This document shows, one piece after another, positions 38,346 to 49,953 of a stretch of DNA of 64,000 nt. This DNA comes from the human T2T-CHM13v2.0 reference genome, Homo sapiens. Every line of letters begins with the position of its first letter. Position 1 is the stretch's first letter. The stretch lies in the NCBI RefSeq assembly GCF_009914755.1, contig NC_060928.1. The stretch is one strand, 5' to 3'. Under the pieces are notes generated by a model that saw only the letters and a list, made by a program, of their open reading frames with translations, was not told the DNA's origin and made no database searches. Both the position numbers and the translations under genes were made by a program.

Positions 38346-38667
38346 CGTTAGAGGCTGATGGCAAGTCCCGGCATAGCCTGTGCTTCTGACCAGCTGGTTC
38401 TAAGTCAGGGTTCCCACGACCCCCGCCTTGGGTTTAATTTGCTAGAACAGCTCACAGAACTCAGGGAAACACTTTATGCATGTTTACTGGTTTATTCTAA
38501 AGAACACTGTGAAGGATAGAGATGAAGAGATGCATAGGGTGAAGTGTTGGGGAGGGGCATGGAGCTTCCATGCCGTCCTGGGCACTCCCTCCAGGCACCT
38601 CTGTGTGTTCAGCTTTCCAGGAGCTCCCTGAGCCAGTCCTTTGGGTTTTATGGAGGCTCCATTACTC

Positions 38668-38949
38668 AGCCTGATTGATTGCATCATTGGCCATTGGCAA
38701 TCAACTCAACCTTCAGCCCCTCCCATCTCCCCTTCCTAGCCTGATTGATTGCATTATTGGCCGTTGGCAATCAACTCAACCTTCAGCCCCTCCCATCTCC
38801 CCTTCCTAGCCTGATTGATTGCATCATTGGCCGTTGGCAATCAGCTCAACCTTCAGCCCCTCCTATCTCCCCTTCCTAGCCTGATTGATTGCATCATTGG
38901 CCATTGGCAATCAACTCAACCTTCAGCCCCTCCCATCTCCCCTTCCTAG
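38668..38949. repeat. 70-bp tandem repeat, 4 near-identical copies, inside MER21
   Basis: ctgattgatt at 38671, 38741, 38811 and 38881. Confidence 0.97.
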
Positions 38950-39269
38950 AGGTCAAGGGGTGGGGCTGGAAGTCCTAATCCTCTAATCATGCCTGGTCTT
39001 TCTGGGTGACCAGCTCCATCCTGAAGCTGTCTAGGAGACCCCAGCCCCCAGCCAGCTCATGAGCACACAGAAGACACTCTCACCACTCCAGAGAGTCAAG
39101 GGCTTTAGGAGTTGTATGCTGGGAAACAGGGACAAGGCCACATATATACTACACAGTCTCACAGTCCTCCCGATGGCTGCCTCTGTCCTGACAATGTGGT
39201 CAGTACCACCCCTTGATCTGCATCTCACTGGGGACAGTCCCCCAACACCATCCATCTCAACACCTTCTC

Positions 39270-39610
39270 CACGAGCAGCTGGGCAATTGCTCTGAAATGC
39301 AAGTCTGATAATGGCCACCTCCTTGGAGTTCGTGCTCCAAGTCCCATCTCAAAGGAGGCCCACGCCACCCACCGGGCTCAATGTTGCCCCTGCCGCACCT
39401 CTTCCTCTTGCTCCTGCCCCCTGCTCCATGTTGATATCTCCCCCCATAGCATGACCACCTCCTGATGTGCTGTGTGACTCACTTGCCTGGTTTCCTGTGT
39501 GTGGGCTGTCTCCGTGGGGCAGAGACTTTTGTCTGTGTTCTTCCCTGGTGTGCCCAGCACAGTACCCTGCATCATGGGGTGGTGATGGAAGGACAGCAGT
39601 GACAGCATGG
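39270..39610 (+). mobile_element. L2 fragment
   Basis: tgaaatgcaagtctgat...ggcagagacttttgtctgtgttc...cccagcacagtaccc. Confidence 0.65.
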
Positions 39611-40519
39611 ATCCGTCCAGCACTTGCCAACCCTGGGCAGGCACTGGTTGGTCTTCCAGAGGACTAGGGCGATGACCACTGTTACCAGTCACGGAGGAAC
39701 ATCAGATGAGAGAGGCGAGGACCTCGCCCCAGGCCACAAGGCTGAGACCTGTTCAGGACAGGCTTCAAACCCAGGCGCTGACCCTGGTCTTCGGTCTTAC
39801 CCACTCTGCACTCCTGCCTCTGAAGCTGGTGAGGTGGGGGCCAGGGTTCAGCAGGTAAGCTCTCCCCAGTGTGCCTTGTTCTTTCCAGACAGGAAAGGCT
39901 TGGGATCTCATGGGTAGGAGAAGTGAAAATCACTGATTATTTGGTGAACACAAGCCAGCTGGGCACTCACTATGTGCCAGGCACAGTGTGAGGCAATGGG
40001 GCAGTCCCCATGCTCAAGGAATCCCAAGTCTGGTGGGGGAGGTCAACAGGAGGCAGACAACGGAGGCACGGTGGGGAGGGGCCGGGATGGGTGAGGCATC
40101 TAAGGCAGGCGTTGGGGCCAGGAGGCTCTGGAGGAGCTGGTGTCTGAAGGGAGACCTGAAGGAGAGGCAGAGATGCCAGGCCGCGGCGGGGTGGACAGGA
40201 TTCGGACAGCAGGGGGAGGCTCAGTTCCAAGTCTTTGGTTGCAAGCAAAGAGACGCTGGCTCCAATGGACTCAATTTTAAAGAGATTTTCAGAGATTTCC
40301 AATTCCAGCCAAAATGGTATAACAGGGAGCAATAAAAAACAGCCAAAGCTCCAGAGAGAACAAATGAAACATGGCGTTCATGACATTGGCTGCAGTTCAG
40401 CCAAGGAGCGCAATTGCTAAGAGACAGGAAACCCGTTCTGCGAGCCAGCGCCTCCCCAGCTCACTGCCTGCAGAGAATGTCCAGGCTTCAATGCGGGATG
40501 CCGTGGCCAGGCCAGCAAA

Positions 40520-42080
40520 GGACATGAAATAGACCCGTAATACATTCCCAATGAATTCAGAAGAAGGTGGAAAAAGAGGAAACAGGAACCCAAAAAAGGG
40601 GGAAAAAACGGCAAGACGACAGTTTTAAAAGTGATCATTAATAATTAAATATAAATGTTCTAAACACTTCAATTTAAAGGCAGAGTTTGCCAGATAAAGA
40701 AAAAGAAAGAACCAAAATATGATAGGCATAAAAAACTTTAAATATGCAGGCAAAATAGGATAAACCTGAAAGAATGGAAAAAGACATACATGCAATCACT
40801 CATCAAAAGAAAGCTGGAGTGGAGATGTTACTCCCTAAGTAGACTTCAGAGTAAGAATGGCCGCAGGGATGAAGGGGTCACTTCATGACGCCATGGAGGT
40901 CAGTTCATTGAGGGACATAACATCCTCAAAGTTTATGCACCTTCTAGCAGACCTTCCAAGTCGAAACAACTACAAAGCAAGACGGAAGTTTACAATTATA
41001 ATTGGAGATTTCAACACTCATCTTTCAAAAGTTGACTCAAGTAGACATAAAACTGGCAAGGATATAGAAGACTTGAACTCCATCCACCATCTTGACCTAA
41101 GTGACGTTTATGGAAACCCTACCCTGACATCAGCAGAACACTTCGTTTCAAGCACACACAGAACATTTGCCATGACAGGTCATATTTTGAGTCATAAAAC
41201 AAGACTTAATAATTTAAAAGGACTTGAATCATTTGAAATATCTTCTCTGACCACAGTGGAACTAACTTACAAATCAATAGCAGCAGCAGAAAGACATCTG
41301 GAAAATCCCCAGATATTTGGAAAACAGCTAACACATTTCCACAGAACTCTTGAGTCAAAGACGAAATCAAAGGGAAAATTAGAATGTGTTTCTAACTGAA
41401 CAATATATCAACATTTATGGGATGCAGCTGAAGCAGTATTTGGTGGGAGTTGTATAGCATTCAAATGCTTGTATTAGGAAAGAAGGCAGGTCTCACATCA
41501 ATGAACTCAACTCCCACATCACAAAACCGGAAGAAAGAAGGGCAAATTGAACCCAATATAACTAGAAGAAACGGAATAATAAAGATAAGAGTGGAAATCA
41601 GTGAAATGGAAAACAGAAAAACAACAGAGAAAATGAATGAAACCCAAAGATGGTTCTTTGGAATATCAATAAAATTCATAAACCTCTAGCTGTAGTGGTC
41701 AGGAAAAAAAGAAAGAAGATGTAAAGCTTCACTATCAGGAACAAGAGACATGATACCACCACAGACTCCACAGGTGCTTCCGTGATAACAAGGGAATACT
41801 GTCAATAACCTTAGGCCAGTACATTTGACAGCTTAGATGAAATGGACAAATACGCTGAAAGACACAGACTACCAAAGCTCACGTTGGAAGAAACAGAGAC
41901 CCTGAATAGCCATGCTGGTATTAGAGACATTGCATTCTTAGTTAAACACTTTTCCATAAGGCAACTTCTGGGTCCAGAGGGCTGCAATAGTGCATCATAG
42001 CAAACATCGAAGGAAGAAAGAATGCCAATTCCAGAGATACTCTTCCAGAAAATTAAAGAGGAACAAACACTTCCCAACTG
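40520..42080 (+). mobile_element. Old L1M, 5' part of ORF2 (APE endonuclease and linker), decayed
   Basis: ORF 40857-41399 retains IIIGDFNTHLS, DIEDLN..HHLDLSDVY and TF...HIL.HK motifs of the L1 endonuclease; A-rich sense strand; frameshifts and stops. Confidence 0.9.
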
Positions 42081-42304
42081 TTCCCTTACTCAGTCTCTGG
42101 TGGTTCTGCCGGGCGTCGGGCTGTATGAAGGCCCAAGGGGTGAACAGATCAAAGGAAGGCACAGTGTTTGCTCTGAGTCTGCAGCCTGCCTGGGGAGTCA
42201 GGATGCTCACACGGGGCCCAGCTGCCTGGGATGTCCATGTTCAGTGCCAAATTGTGAGGTTGGGATATAAACACTGGCCCCATCCCGGCCTCTGCAATAG
42301 GTGG

Positions 42305-42480
42305 GGGGCATATATTATTTATTTTATTGAATTTTCACAACCACCTCGAGGTGCTGTGAAATTTTTCCCTGACTTTAAAGATGAAGAAACAGGTCCAGAG
42401 AGAGGCACAGTGACTTGCACCTTGACATGCAGCCAGAAAGCAGTGGAGCCAGGATTCCAGCCAGGTCTGTCTGACCAGCA
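42305..42480 (-). mobile_element. MIR
   Basis: tttaaagatgaagaaacagg...agtgacttgc...ggagccaggattc. Confidence 0.75.
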
Positions 42481-43382
42481 GCACCGCTCCGGCTACTGCT
42501 GGCTGTGCAGTTAGTCCACGAGGATCTAGGGCTCCTCGGGAAGCCCATGGGAAGCCTCGCCTTGGTCTAGGATGGATGGCACAGGTGAGCCAGGGAAGGT
42601 GAGTGACCGAGTCAGAGGTAAGAACATCTGGGGTATTTTCAGAACGTTTTCCATAGGTGATGCAGCTTTGCTAAGTGCAGAGTCGGGTATAGGCTTTGGT
42701 AGCAAACGGAGTTTATCGTGGGAGGCCTGGAATGCAGGCCTCTGGGTGGTGGTTGGCGGGTCACGGGGAGCTCAGTAAGGTTCTAGAGCAGATGCTGATG
42801 TGGTTAGACTCAAAGCCTAGGACTGTGGGGGATGAGGAGTACAGGAGGGGCCGGAAGCAAGAGCTCAGCTCCTTCCGAAGGGTGCCAGTGCTCAGGGAAG
42901 AGGCTGGAAGACAGCGGGTGAGGAGTGGCTTAGGGGGCACCTGGGGGCTTGCGACTGATGGCATGGGGTGGGAGGAGGGAGGGGCTGGCAAGATGTGGCT
43001 AAGAAGTTGAGTGGGAGGGAGAAGGAGGAGGCCAGGCCCCAGGAGAGCAGGCTGTGGAGGAGCAAAAGGGCCTGGGAGGGAAGAGGGGCTCAGGCGGGAT
43101 CAGGAAAGCTGAGGTTTGTGGGCACGGGGCTCCAGGTGGAGGACCCCCGGGAGATTCAGCTCTGGAAGGAGGGTGGACGGGAAGAAGGCACAGGAGAGAG
43201 ACAAGATGGAAAGAGGGTGGACCAGGGACGAGCCGGGAGTCTCAAAGCCATGGGGTCAAATCAGTTAGCCTGGGGCAGACGCTAGGGCGGCCAACGCTGA
43301 GAACGTCATGTGGAGGAATGGGAGGGAAGAGGCCCTGGAAACAGCAGAGAGGGGCAGAGAGGGGGCGGCCTGGGACCGTGAC

Positions 43383-43419
43383 GGTGACTCAGCTGCTGTT
43401 CCTGAGTCACCCACACGTG
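43383..43419. promoter_or_regulatory. Putative enhancer motif cluster: inverted pair of AP-1 sites plus E-box
   Basis: GGTGACTCAG-N9-CTGAGTCACC perfect inverted repeat; CACGTG at 43414-43419. Motif evidence only. Confidence 0.35.
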
Positions 43420-43667
43420 GCTCCCCCAGGGACAAAGCCGTCCGTGGGGACGAGGAGGCTGGCCAAGGGCTCCCCAAGGAGCATGGGCTGCTTAGACCTG
43501 CCTGGCTCAGAGAAGACTCAGCTGTTCTACTGTGCGATGCTCCGTCCCTTTCTTTCCTGATCTTGTTTTCCTGGAGCGAATTGCCCATCTCTCATTTGCT
43601 TATTTTCTATGTATGTCAGGTTCTCCAGTGAAACAAAACCAGGTGTGTGTGTGTCCATGTGTGTATG

Positions 43668-44240
<573 letters not shown>

Positions 44241-44669
44241 TTTGTGCTCCCGTCCTTTGTGGTGCGCGGGCTTTGCTTTGCCGGACGGGAAGTGGCCGAG
44301 CCTCGTTTATGAAAACAGTACCAGGAGAAGGCTAAACGTGGGCCCCCTGCCCAGGGCGAGGGACTCCAAGGCATCCAGATGGACTTGCTTGGCCTGAGCT
44401 TTGGGAAGTGTTCTCCTAAATGGTGCTTGGGCACCTTCCATTTTCCCTTCCATTTTTTCCCACTCTGGAACTTTCTACAAATCTTCTCCCCGGCAGCTGG
44501 GCCTCACTGTAGTGCTCGGGTCTTGCCTTTGTCTCTGCGCTTTATCTCGGTACATTTTTATTCCACTTTCTGGGACATCTTCACCTCCTCTTCCAATCTT
44601 TTTCTTTCTTGGGTTTTTAGAACTCTGAAGACGCCCAGCAAGTGGGTGGTGCGTGGAATGAAGCGGTGG

Positions 44670-45175
44670 CTCCCGCGTGCTTCGTGCGGGTCGGTTTCCG
44701 GGGCTCTCGCGTGCTCCGCGTTGGTCGGTTTCCGGGGCTCTCGCGTGCTCTGCGCGGGTCGGTTTCCAGGACTACCGCGTGCTCTGCGCGGGTTTCGGGG
44801 ACTCTGGCGTGCTCTGCGCAGGTCGGTTTCCTGGGACTCCCGCGTGCTCTGCGTTGGTCGATTTCCGGGGCTCTCACTTGCTCCGCGTTGGTCCGTTTCC
44901 GGGGCTCTCGCTTGCTCTGCGTGGGTCGGTTTCCAGGACTCTCGCGTGCTCTGCGCGGGTGTGCGGGGCTCTCGCATGCTCTGTGTGGGTTGGTTTCCGG
45001 GACTCTCGCGTGCTCTGCGCGGGTTTCCGGGGCTCTCACGTGCTCTGTGAGTCGGTTTCCAGGACTCTCGCGTGCTCTGCGCGGGTGTGCGGGGCTCTCG
45101 CGTGCTCTGTGTGGGTTGGTTTCCAGGACTCTCGCGTGCTCTGCGCGGGTTTCCGGGGCTCTCACGTGCTCTGTG
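44670..45175. repeat. CpG-rich minisatellite, 30/34-bp units (GGTCGGTTTCCGGGGCTCTCGCGTGCTCTGCGCG), about 15 copies; CpG-island-like
   Basis: tcgg at 44691, 44725 and 44759; a 126-bp block is duplicated (44925 and 45051). Confidence 0.95.
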
Positions 45176-46474
45176 CTCTTCTCCAGGCATCTTCTTCTTG
45201 TCCCACCGTCAGGATGCCGTGTGCCTGGGAGAGAGGATTACTTTCCAGGCTGCCCCACAGAAGCGCCATTGCCACCTTCTTCTATCCTCCTCCGAAGGTT
45301 TATTTGGTCTCTGTCCTTCGGGTTGGGGGGTTTCTCCATATTAGTTTAGTTCCGGAGCTGGCTGGACCCTCTGCGGGTTCCAGGCCCGTGTTAAGGGAAG
45401 GACATCAGTGTGGGGACGGGGGGTACTGAGTGTGTCTGCATGGGGCCAAGTGCTTTCTCCAGATAAAAACCACCCTGTGCAGGCAGGCGGGACAGGTACA
45501 GTCTTTAGTCACCCCTGCCTGCCGGACGAGGCTGGAGCATTCCAGGCCTGGTTTCTCCAGATGACACAGCCAGGCCTGGCAGCCCGTCCTTCAGGCCGGG
45601 TGGTCTCCTGCTGGGACATGTGCAGGGCGGTTCCTCTGCACCCCTCCAGCAGCTGGAAGCCCATCGGCTGTCCTGGCTCTCCACTGCCCTGAGGGTGAGG
45701 GCTGAAATTCCCCACAAGCCGGAGGAGGCCCAGGGCACATGGTCTCTGGATGCGATGCCAGGTGACCTTTCTCTGCCTGGAGGCTTCTCCCCACCTCCCC
45801 CACCCCCACGCTGTCACAGGAAATGCCCTCTTCCTCCTCCTCTAGGCTCAGCAAGGATGTGGGGGTCCTGGGGCGGCCTGCCCAGCCCCTGCCCCTCCCT
45901 GTGACCTGCTCTGTTGCTGGGGCATGGGGCTGATTTGTGTATGGGGTGTGGGTTTCCCCACTGCCCTGGGAGGCCTGTCCCCTGGATGCAGTACAGGTTA
46001 ATCACAACAGCTGTGGACTGAGTGAGGTGCCCGGCTGCCAGGCACTCTGGCCTTGTTTGACTCACAGACAGGCTGACACCTTGGAGGTGGGTGAACTGCT
46101 CTGGTCATACCATTCCACAGAGGGACAGACCGAGGCTCAGAGAGGTGCAGGCACTTGCTTAAGGTTGCACAGTTGGGCAGGAGCAGAGCTGAGTGGCCTA
46201 CCCCCATGCCACACTCACTGCCTCTTTGCTGGGCGTTTGTCATGGGGAGGTGAGGCCTTGGCACACCTTGGGCTGGGGCGGGAACACATCCTGCCCCACC
46301 AGAGTGGGAGGCCACTCCTGGACGAAGTTCAACCCCTGGCCCTAAGTGGGATTGGGTGGACCTTGTGCAGGTGGGATGGGGGAGCCCCTCAGGGGAGAGA
46401 CTCTGACATTTCTGGGAGGACACTCCAGGTGGCGGGTGCTGGGGAAGCTCGGCCGCCCGAGGAGACCTAGGGGC

Positions 46475-46867
46475 TTGGAGGGGTTGAATGATGGCCCTCA
46501 ATGATATGAGCACATCCCCAGCCCCAGATCCTGCGGATGCGACTTTATTTGGAAAAGCCATCTCTGCAGCTGCTATAAAGTGAAGGATCTTGAGGTAAGG
46601 CCATCGTGGATGGGCCCGAAATCCAGGGACATGTTCCTTATCAGAAACGAGGGGAGACGCACACAGGGACGGAGGCCATGTGGAGACAGCGACAGAAGCT
46701 GGAAGAGGCAGGAAGAGGAAGGAGCCTCCCGCGGAGCCCCCAGGGGCAGCACCGTCAGGCCGACACCTTGATCTGGGACTTCGGCCTCCAGAACAGGGAG
46801 AGAAAACATTCCTGTTGTTTGAGTTCCCAGTTTGTGGGTCTTCGTTAAGGCAGCTCCGGGACTGGGA
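46475..46867 (+). mobile_element. MLT1C/D-like LTR
   Basis: gactttatttggaaaag...aaggatcttgag...gacaccttgatctgggacttcggcctccagaac...ttcctgttgttt. Confidence 0.85.
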
Positions 46868-47394
46868 TCGAGGGTCAGCCCAGGCTGGGTGGGATGCCCC
46901 AGGATGGGCCAGGCCAAGCTGGTGGGCATCCTGTGCCCTGTGGAGTCCGACCAGGTGCCTCTCTGTGATATTCTGGATGCTCCTCTGGGGTTGATTTCCC
47001 AGATACTCTCTCCCACCCTCTAGAGGGTCCTCGCTGAAGCTGCCTCTGTTGCTGCCACGCTTGTGCTGGGCCTGGGGGGTGCTGGGATGGAGTGGGAAGG
47101 ACGGTGCAGGCTCCCCACGTCAGAACCCTTCCTTGGTTCAGAGTAAGGTCTTGAAGGGTTGGGGCAGCAGCATTTCCTGAAGCCTCAGGCAAAAAAGGTG
47201 AGCTTTCTAGGGCAGGAAACTTCCAGAAGTTTCTGAGGTGCCTCCACTGAGCAGGAGATGGATCAGGCCCTTTGGACTGTGAGCCAGAGCTTTCCTCTCC
47301 ACAGAGAGTGAGGGGCTCCTGGGAACTCCATGCCCGCATTCTCCAAGGGTGTGTCCTTCCCTGGGAGTCCTGGGGTCTGTGGCAGTGGCGGGGG

Positions 47395-47817
47395 TGGGTA
47401 GGATGAATGAATGTGTGGCGGGTGCAGCTGGGTGTGAATGGTGGGCGCCAGTGGGAATGAATGAATGAATGTGTGGCGGGTGCGGTGGGATGAATGAATG
47501 TGTGGCAGGCGCCAGCGGGAAGGAATGAATGTGTGGCAGGCGCCAGCGGGAAGGAATGAATGTGTGATGGGCGCTGGTGGGAATGAATGAATGAATATGT
47601 GATGGGCATGGGTGGGAGTGAATGAATGTGTGGTGGGCGCGGGTGGGAGTGAATGAATGGTGGGCGCTGGTGGGAATGAACGAATGAATGTGTGGCAGGC
47701 TCGGGGGGAAGGGATGAATGTGGTGGGCGGGGGAGGGAAGGAATGGATGTGTGATGGGTGCAGGTGGAAATGAATGAATGAATGTGTGGCAGGCGTGGGT
47801 AGGAATGAATGAATGTC
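47395..47817. repeat. Compound minisatellite, about 30-40 bp unit GGG..(GAAT)n-GTGTGGC(A/G)GG.., with variable internal GAAT number
   Basis: Directly visible. Confidence 0.9.
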
Positions 47818-49319
47818 CACATGGGGCAGCCCTGCCCTGCCCACCTCGCCCTGGCCGAGGATCCCTGCCCTGTGCGGGGCCCTCACTTTCTGGTGTGTAA
47901 ACCTGGTCAGCCTGGACCTGAGAAGCCCCGGAAGTTTCCTCAGCAACCCCTTGTCCCTGCCTGGCCTTTAAGCTCCTTGGTTTGCCGTCGGGGAGCCAGC
48001 GCCAGCCGCCTACGCCCGCCTCTCCCCGCACATAGAGAAGCACGTCCCCGCGTCCCTGTCCAGCTGGTCCCTGAGGACAGCATCAGGCGCAGCCCTTCAC
48101 TCGGGTGTGGCTGAGGATGGCGCCGCCAGGAGATGACTCACCCCATCAAATGTGCGGCATTTGTCATTTTTCTCACCAGTTGCTATTTTTAAAACTCTGT
48201 CCTTTGGTTTCTGTAGTAATTTTGAGCCTCTTTTTAATAGAACTTCCAATGCTTTTGTGAATCTTACACTCGTTGAAAATGATGGGGTTAAAAATGTTTG
48301 TTAAACCCAAAACTAAATGCAGACCGACTTCCAGAGCAGACGTCAGGTGCAGGGCCTGGGGTCTGTTGGTGGTTTGCCTGCCTGCCAGGGCCGCCTGTGG
48401 TGGGAACAGGGTCACTGCCCTACGGCCAGGACAGACAACTGTGTGCACTGCCCTGGCCAGCACCCAGCGCCCTCTCCCACCCCTGCTCTCCCCAGAACCT
48501 GGGCCTGACAGGAACAGGGCGCCGACTAAGATATTTTGCAGCATGGGGCTCCACAGAGAGCCTGGGACCTAGGTTCCCACTGACAGGAGAAGGGGAATTG
48601 GGGTCTTGGAGCGAGGACAGGCTGCTTGTGCTCTGCCCCGGCACCTGGCTCGGTCTATGGTGCAGACGCCTCTGCCAGTGTGCAGGCTCTGAACCCCGTG
48701 TTCACAGCCGCCCTTCTGGAATGCCAAGGCGCTGCCTATCAGATGCCTGGCCGGCTGGAGCCCCACAGTGCTGGGACGCTGGAGTTTGGTGAGCCCCTCA
48801 GTGTACCAGGTGCCAGCCCCTTTACTTCACGATTCTCACAGCAGTCCTGTGGCAGTGACATAATTCTCATCACATCACATGATTTATTGGGGTTTCCTCA
48901 GGACAGAGGGTGGGGAGCAGGACCGGGTGGGTGAAGGGGCTGAGCAGGGAGGTGACCTCAGCTCGAGTTGCACCGTGGTCTGGTCCCCCACAGGTGCTCC
49001 GGAGTGGGAGCTGCACCCTGGGGTGGGCCTGCCCTGAGGCCAGGGGACGCCTTCTGTGCCTCCACGTGGTCAGTCACTGGCGAGGCCTTCACTGGTGGGA
49101 GGACAGCTCCCCAGGAGCAGCAGCTCCCTGTGGCCAGACTCAGCTATCTGGGGAATGGAGTGGCTGCAAGCTGTCAGACCTCACTCCCAGGAGCTGGCGA
49201 CGGTGCAGCCGCCAGTGCTGGGGACCAGGTGGGGACCCCCGGTGTCTATGCCATCATGTAGACAAAATGCTGATTCAAATTTGAAAAACACGTTTTCCAT
49301 GATAAAAATGCACATGCTT

Positions 49320-49953
49320 TGCTACGGGCTGTTTCTGTCCCCCAAGCTCAGATGTTGAAATCCTAGTCCCCAGGCTGATGATGCTAGGAGGAGGGGAGGT
49401 GAATACTCGTCCCCAGGCTGATGATACTAGGAGGAGGGGAGGTGAATCCTCATCCTCAGGCTGGTGATACTAGGAGGAGGGGAGGTGAATCCTCATCCCC
49501 AGGCTGATGATACTAGGAGGAGGGGAGGTGAATACTCGTCCCCAGGCTGGTGATGCTAGGAGGAGGGAAGGTGAATCCTCGTCCTCAGGCTGGTGATACT
49601 AGGAGGAGGGGAGGTGAATCCTCATCCCCAGGCTGGTGATACTAGGAGGAGGGGAGGTGAAACCTCATCCCCAGGCTGATGATGCTAGGACAAGGGGAGG
49701 TGATTAGGTCATGAATGGAATTAGTTTCCTTATGAAAGAGGCCAGGGAGAGACCCCTCACCCCCTCTGCCACATGCCACCCAGCAAAAAGACAGACGGCT
49801 GTCCAATGGGGAGGTGGCTTCACCAGACACCAAATCTGCAGGCACCTTAATCTTGGACTTCCAGCCTCCAGAACTGAGAGAAATAGATTCCTGTTGTTTA
49901 TAAGCCACCCAGTCTATGGTATTTTGTTACAGAAAGCTGAACGGAGTGAGACA
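49320..49953 (+). mobile_element. MLT1A-like LTR containing a 43-bp x8 VNTR
   Basis: tgctacggg...atgttgaaatcc [array] gattaggtcatga...ttggacttccagcctccagaactgagagaaata...gagaca. Confidence 0.88.
49357..49702. repeat. 43-bp tandem repeat, 8 copies (AATCCTCATCCCCAGGCTGATGATACTAGGAGGAGGGGAGGTG)
   Basis: caggctg at 49371, 49414 and on to 49672 (period 43). Confidence 0.97.

Larger units (their letters stand above)
37985..39162 (-). mobile_element. MER21-like LTR expanded by two internal tandem arrays
   Basis: cagggttcccacgacccc...ttgctagaacagctcacagaactcagggaaacactt...gggctttaggagttgtatgc are MER21 hallmarks. Confidence 0.85.

Noticed and set aside
38668-38949. Regularly spaced repeats as a CRISPR-like array (also 49357-49702 and 26930-27865)
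   Set aside because: Units are head-to-tail with no unique spacers, there are no cas genes, and the context is primate genomic DNA with TE-derived units.
40857-41689. Endonuclease-like ORF as a possible functional gene
   Set aside because: Decayed LINE-1 ORF2 with frameshifts and stops, truncated before the RT domain, and the C-terminal catalytic SDH motif is not in frame.
44558-45429. Overlapping 180-250 aa repetitive ORFs
   Set aside because: Read-through of the GC-rich VNTR in multiple frames on both strands.
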